From: Macrostomum lignano
Lineage: Eukaryota
NCBI GenBank assembly: GCA_002269645.1
Contig: NIVC01001774.1
Coordinates: 1-64,000, forward strand
Length of the DNA: 64,000 bases
Direction: 5' to 3'
Positions 60,038 to 64,000 of the stretch are shown one piece after another. How positions within the stretch are numbered: position 1 is the first letter of the stretch; the number at the start of each line of letters is the position of its first letter. The position numbers and the translations under genes are program-made. The notes below the pieces were generated by a model. It saw nothing but the letters and a program-made list of their open reading frames with translations. It was not told the origin of the DNA and did no database searches.

Positions 60038-60776
60038 TCACGATTTAAACAGAATAGAATTGAATTTATTATAAAATGACGGCGACTCTCGAACCGAGCT
60101 CAAATTGGCTGGGACAGTGTGCACCGATTTTAATGTCTGCTGCTGCTGTTGCTGCTGTTGTTGCTTTTGCGGCTGTTTCTTCCCTCCAGACTGGTGCGCA
60201 GCCGCCGATGAAGCCGCAGCTTCAACTAGCGGCTTGGCTGAGACCGGCAGCAGGCCGAACCGCGGCAGCTGCTTGGATTGAACGGTGGCCGCAGGCAGCA
60301 CGGACGGGCCAGCGGGATCCTGGCTCTGAGCCGAGTAGGCGGCAGCTGAGCCGGGCGACACCCGGTGAGCGGCGAACGCTCCCAGCCGGTCGATGCTAGC
60401 CAGCAGGCCGTACAGCGAGCTGCAGGCGTGGGCGTGGCGCACCGCCGACTGGGTCAGCGGGCCGGCCAGAGCCTCCAGGTCGAACGGATCGATGGCCGAC
60501 TCCACCCGGCCAATCAGAGCCTCCAGCTGCCGATTGAACTCGGCATTGGCCGGGCTGTCCTCCCGGCGGGACAGCAGGGCGAACAGGAATCTGAGATCGA
60601 ACAGCAGCTGTGCCAGCTGGTTTGGCGCCAGCTGCTGCTGCTGCGCTGGGCCGCTCTCGGCTGCTGCACCCGATAGCCGGGCTGTCAGGCAGCGGTCCAC
60701 GATGGCCAACAGGCGGTCGGTGAGGCTGGCCAGCAGGTGCTGCAGGCTGGCCCGGCTCAGGGCGTGGCCGCCTCGT
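60038..60776 (-). CDS. COG1: COG1 (conserved oligomeric Golgi subunit 1), terminal exon; upstream exons lie beyond the window
   Basis: cgccgcag| phase-2 acceptor. COG1-like C-terminal motifs RGGHALSR.SL, LAQLLFDLRFL, IDPFDL, LYGLL, LP...RFGLLP; stop at 60038. Confidence 0.75.
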
Positions 60777-60879
60777 CTGCGGCGTGAGAGATTATCATAT
60801 TTATCATATTATTATTGATAATATTTATTATATTATATATTGATAATATTGTTAATATTTATTATTATTGATATTTATC

Positions 60880-61127
60880 ATACGCGAAGGTGTATTCAGC
60901 ACGCCAGTGAAGTATGAGACAGACCAGGCCTAAGGGCTACGGTCTGCGATGCTTCACGCCTGCCCCTATATTCAGCAGGTCAAGGCTGGAGAGGGAGGTC
61001 TGCACCCGCTATTTGCCACTGGCAGCCGCAGACCCCCCCCCCCTCACGCTGTTTCACAAGTCGACCCAGGGTACTCGTCCCCGCGTGTGTTCAAGGCAGA
61101 CCCTAGGGCTGCTGGACAGACTGGGCT
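60880..61127 (+). ncRNA. Candidate HDV-like self-cleaving ribozyme
   Basis: Manual fold: P1 60880-86/61082-88, P3 GGG/CCC around L3 UACUCGU, J1/4 GU, P4 hairpin 61091-61116, J4/2 CAGA(C), imperfect P2 GACCCA/UGGGCU. Confidence 0.6.
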
Positions 61128-61353
61128 CCGACGCTGGCGACCCATCCAGTGGCTTCGGCCGAATTTGGGTATGCGGGTCTGGCTTGCCAGCCTGCAGGCC
61201 GTGGTACTGCTTAACGTACCCCCTAATGCCTAAGGTGTTTGACCGTGCCGATGGGCTGGAAGGCCGGGGGGTTGTCCGGTCGCTAGCGGTCCTTTTCTTT
61301 TTCTTCTTTCCTCTTTCTTTTGTGACTCAGCTCACTCCTTCCCGCTTTCAGCT

Positions 61354-62820
61354 ATGGCGTCATCCGCCTCTTTAACCCCCGCTGAAGCCGGGGCCCCGGC
61401 AACTCCGGCCGGTGACTCTGGCACCAGCGCCGCCCCACCGGGGGCAGATGGGCTTGCCGCCGGCTCGGCTGGTGACATGCCCGCACGCGCAACCGGGCCC
61501 TCCGCTGAAGCCCGACGCACCCGCAACCAACGCCGCAACGAGCGGCGACGGCGACTACGGGGTACTGCGGGCCGGCCACCGGCGGAAGGGGAACCTAGGG
61601 AGGGCGAGGCTGCTGTTGGGCCGAAAGGAACCACAGCAACCCCTGCCCCCCAGGATACAACCCCCGCTGGTGAGCCACCCAGTATACCTGCTACAAGCGC
61701 GGCCGGGCCTTCGGGAACCGCCGCCACCAACTACGCCTCAAAGGTCAAGCTCCAACCGGCGGTCATCGTCTTCGGGGAAGAGCAGGACCTCACGGCCGAC
61801 GAGCTCGACAGTGCCTGGCGCACCATCGATGCTGCGCTCATCGACCAGCTCCTGGCGGGCCGCCCTGTGAGCGTGGTCAAGTCTGCCAAGACCGACGGCT
61901 GCATCTTCATCTGGTGCAGCTCGGAGGAGAGCAGCCGCAATCTACGCGAGCTTCTGCCAAAGCTGAACTGGCCCAAGAAGCTCGGCAAGCTCGTCTTCGC
62001 CAGCGAGGGCGAACGACAGAAGACCCAGCGCTTTCGCGTCTGGATCCCGGCCGGCAGTGCCATTAAGTCCGGAGATCAGCTTAGGCAAATATTGCTAAAG
62101 CTGCACCCCGACCTTAAGGTCAACGGGCTCCTACACCACGCCACTTCCCGCAAGGAGAAGGGGGCTACGGTGATCCTAGGGCTCTCTGATGACTGGGCTA
62201 AGCGCTTGCCGCCTAAGTCCACAATTCATATTGGTCTGACTCAGCTGACCATCCTCCGTTGCGAGGAGCGGAAAGCTGATGAAGCCAAGAATGCCAAAGC
62301 TTCCGAAACCGGAACTGGGGCCCAGGCTCCTCCGGCAAAGAAGCCGAGGCAAACGGCCGATCCTATGCCCGGTAAGGCAGTTCGCGCTGCTGAAACCGGA
62401 AATCGCAATCGCAGACCCGCCAGGAGCACCCGGAGGTCCGGCCTGATCCAGCGCGCGCTGGACCAGGCCAAGAACCTTCGTGCGCATCGTGAGCGGGCCC
62501 GCGCTTCTCGCGCTCCACCCCAACAGCCAGAAGGCCAGACTCTAAGCGGGGAGGCTCCGACCGACTGGTTCGAGTCTGTGACTCACCAGGAGGCTGGCGC
62601 CACCCGCATCGACCTGACCGACGAGGCAGAGGGGACGGGCAGTGACAGCACCGAAGCACGCAGGAGAGGCGACGGTAACGTCCACGCTGGGCTCACGTCC
62701 GCGGAGGACTCCACAGCCACCCTAACTGCTGAGGACGCTGAAACTCCCATGGAGGTCTGCGGGTCACCCACCACTGAAAAGGAGGAGGATGACCTGCTCA
62801 ACGATTCCCCAACTGCGTGA
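61354..62820 (+). CDS. Retrotransposon ORF1 (488 aa; low-complexity ends, central folded domain, no obvious CCHC knuckle)
   Basis: Uninterrupted ORF immediately upstream of the APE-containing ORF2. Confidence 0.88.
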   Translation: MASSASLTPAEAGAPATPAGDSGTSAAPPGADGLAAGSAGDMPARATGPSAEARRTRNQRRNERRRRLRGTAGRPPAEGEPREGEAAVGPKGTTATPAPQDTTPAGEPPSIPATSAAGPSGTAATNYASKVKLQPAVIVFGEEQDLTADELDSAWRTIDAALIDQLLAGRPVSVVKSAKTDGCIFIWCSSEESSRNLRELLPKLNWPKKLGKLVFASEGERQKTQRFRVWIPAGSAIKSGDQLRQILLKLHPDLKVNGLLHHATSRKEKGATVILGLSDDWAKRLPPKSTIHIGLTQLTILRCEERKADEAKNAKASETGTGAQAPPAKKPRQTADPMPGKAVRAAETGNRNRRPARSTRRSGLIQRALDQAKNLRAHRERARASRAPPQQPEGQTLSGEAPTDWFESVTHQEAGATRIDLTDEAEGTGSDSTEARRRGDGNVHAGLTSAEDSTATLTAEDAETPMEVCGSPTTEKEEDDLLNDSPTA

Positions 62821-62822
62821 TA

Positions 62823-64000
62823 ATGATCAGCAACCAGGGAATCCATTGCCTGCAGATTAATCTGCAGCACTGCGTCGCAGCCTCGGTCAACCTTATGCGT
62901 TACGCCGAGCTCGACAAGCCGGGGCTCATCCTCGTCCAGGAACCCTGGACTCTCAGAGGTAAGCCTCAAAACGCCCCTGCTGGCTACAATTGTTTTTATA
63001 CTTACCCTCGCGAGGCCAACCAGCCTCCCAGAGCTTGCATCTTTGCGAGCAAAACGCTCAGTGCGTGGCTCAGATCGGACCTGTCCAACAGGGACATCTG
63101 CGTCATCCAATCCGAGGACCTTCTTCCTGGGAAGACCACCCTCATTGCCTCGGTTTACCTACCAGGCGATGCTGCGGTCGTCCCCAGAGCCCTCGCTACG
63201 CTGGTAGAGCTCTGCTCTGCCAAAAACTACGAGCTCATGGTTGCCGGCGACATCAACGCCCACCACACTCACTGGGGCAGCACTGGCATTAATCAGAGAG
63301 GCGAAGACCTCCTAGCCTACGTTGCCTCTACGACCCTCGAGTTCTGCAACTCTGGGTCCACCCCTACCTTTGACAACGGACGGTGGTCGGAGGTGATCGA
63401 CGCTACGCTCGCAACGCCCAGACTCTACCAGAGTATTGGGGCGTGGCGGGTGCTTCCAGTGTCCTCACTATCGGATCACAAGTTCATCTCCTTCAACCTA
63501 ATGGCCGCGCGTAGCGCAACTCGTGTTATGTGGAGACGGAACGCCAGAAATACGGATTGGGAAACCTTCGGGCTCGCCCTGAAGGAATTCCATCGGTCTC
63601 CTGGCCAACCATCCACGATCACGTCGTGCCGAGAGGCGGATGAGTGCGCGACTGTTTTGACAGAGACGCTAACCGCCGCCTTTGAGGCGTCCTGCCCTTT
63701 AAAAGCCTATAAAGGGAAAAAATCGGCGCCGTGGTGGAATCCCGAGCTCGGCAACCTCCGTCGCAGGGCTAAGAGACTCCACCGCAGAGCAACTAAAACT
63801 AAGAGCCCTGCAGACCAAACCGCCTATCATGAAGCAATTCATGAGTTTAAAAGGCAGGTTAGGAATGCAAAGGCTCAAAAATGGCGACAATACTGTGAGG
63901 AGCTAGAGGGCTCACGCCCCACCTCCAGAGTTGTGAAAGCGCTCACGCTGGACAAAATGTCTAAGCTCTCCTCGGTCAAACGCACCGACGGTACGTCCAC
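62823..64000 (+). CDS. Retrotransposon ORF2, N-terminal part (APE endonuclease and linker; RT expected downstream)
   Basis: Translated by hand, open to the window end: QINLQH, VQEPW, SVYLP, GDINAHH..WGS...N.RG, PTF, IDAT, SDHKFI, PWW..EL..LRR. Absent from the ORF track, presumably because it has no stop. Confidence 0.95.
   Translation, partial: MISNQGIHCLQINLQHCVAASVNLMRYAELDKPGLILVQEPWTLRGKPQNAPAGYNCFYTYPREANQPPRACIFASKTLSAWLRSDLSNRDICVIQSEDLLPGKTTLIASVYLPGDAAVVPRALATLVELCSAKNYELMVAGDINAHHTHWGSTGINQRGEDLLAYVASTTLEFCNSGSTPTFDNGRWSEVIDATLATPRLYQSIGAWRVLPVSSLSDHKFISFNLMAARSATRVMWRRNARNTDWETFGLALKEFHRSPGQPSTITSCREADECATVLTETLTAAFEASCPLKAYKGKKSAPWWNPELGNLRRRAKRLHRRATKTKSPADQTAYHEAIHEFKRQVRNAKAQKWRQYCEELEGSRPTSRVVKALTLDKMSKLSSVKRTDGTS

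Larger units (their letters stand above)
60880..64000 (+). mobile_element. Non-LTR retrotransposon, LOA/R1-type (APE endonuclease), 5' part, inserted antisense in a COG1 intron
   Basis: Abrupt AT-to-GC switch at 60880; ~470-nt 5' UTR; two intact ORFs; the APE N-terminus LQINLQH..AS...L....LILVQEPW is typical of the R1/LOA group. The 3' end and TSD are outside the window. Confidence 0.93.

Noticed and set aside
61140-61172. GGC-UUCG-GCC hairpin plus CGAA-UUUGGGU as the ribozyme P4/J4/2/P2'
   Set aside because: It gives a 5-bp ACCCA/UGGGU P2 but needs two extra linker nucleotides and a P4 that does not close against J1/4. Kept only as a secondary register to test.

Overview
Eukaryotic (invertebrate) genomic DNA. 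GC-rich exons, poly-Ala/Gln tracts and minisatellite-filled introns suggest a Macrostomum-like free-living flatworm (inference). I built the gene models by hand from splice sites and exon phases. Genes, left to right: the 3' part of a SCO-spondin-like TSP1/TIL/cystine-knot gene (+, 4026-8868); a small orphan gene with a twice-repeated motif (-, 11196-11995); a complete 11-exon PHTF gene (-, 21437-33217), whose last exons and 3' flank recur at 14854-16344 and 3464-3723; synaptobrevin/VAMP (+, 39738-44542), with a GC-AG intron and an apparent mutually exclusive exon pair in the SNARE motif; a protostome-type cytoplasmic intermediate filament gene (-, 46744-56635), with an apparent alternative terminal exon; and the last exon of COG1 (-, 60038-60776). 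Mobile DNA: a DD34D mariner with two lesions, several MITE-like elements, tRNA-derived SINEs, and an apparently young LOA/R1-type non-LTR retrotransposon (from 60880, running off the window) in a COG1 intron. The strongest novel-looking signals are three. First, a candidate HDV-like self-cleaving ribozyme whose P1 starts at the retroelement's 5' boundary, followed by a strong 3' splice acceptor 2 nt before the ORF1 ATG. Second, the VAMP mutually exclusive exons. Third, a nearly CpG-free, TAGGCCTA-enriched domain between the divergent PHTF and VAMP genes. Most long ORFs in the supplied track are minisatellite artefacts. No database searches were possible; family names come from recognised motifs.
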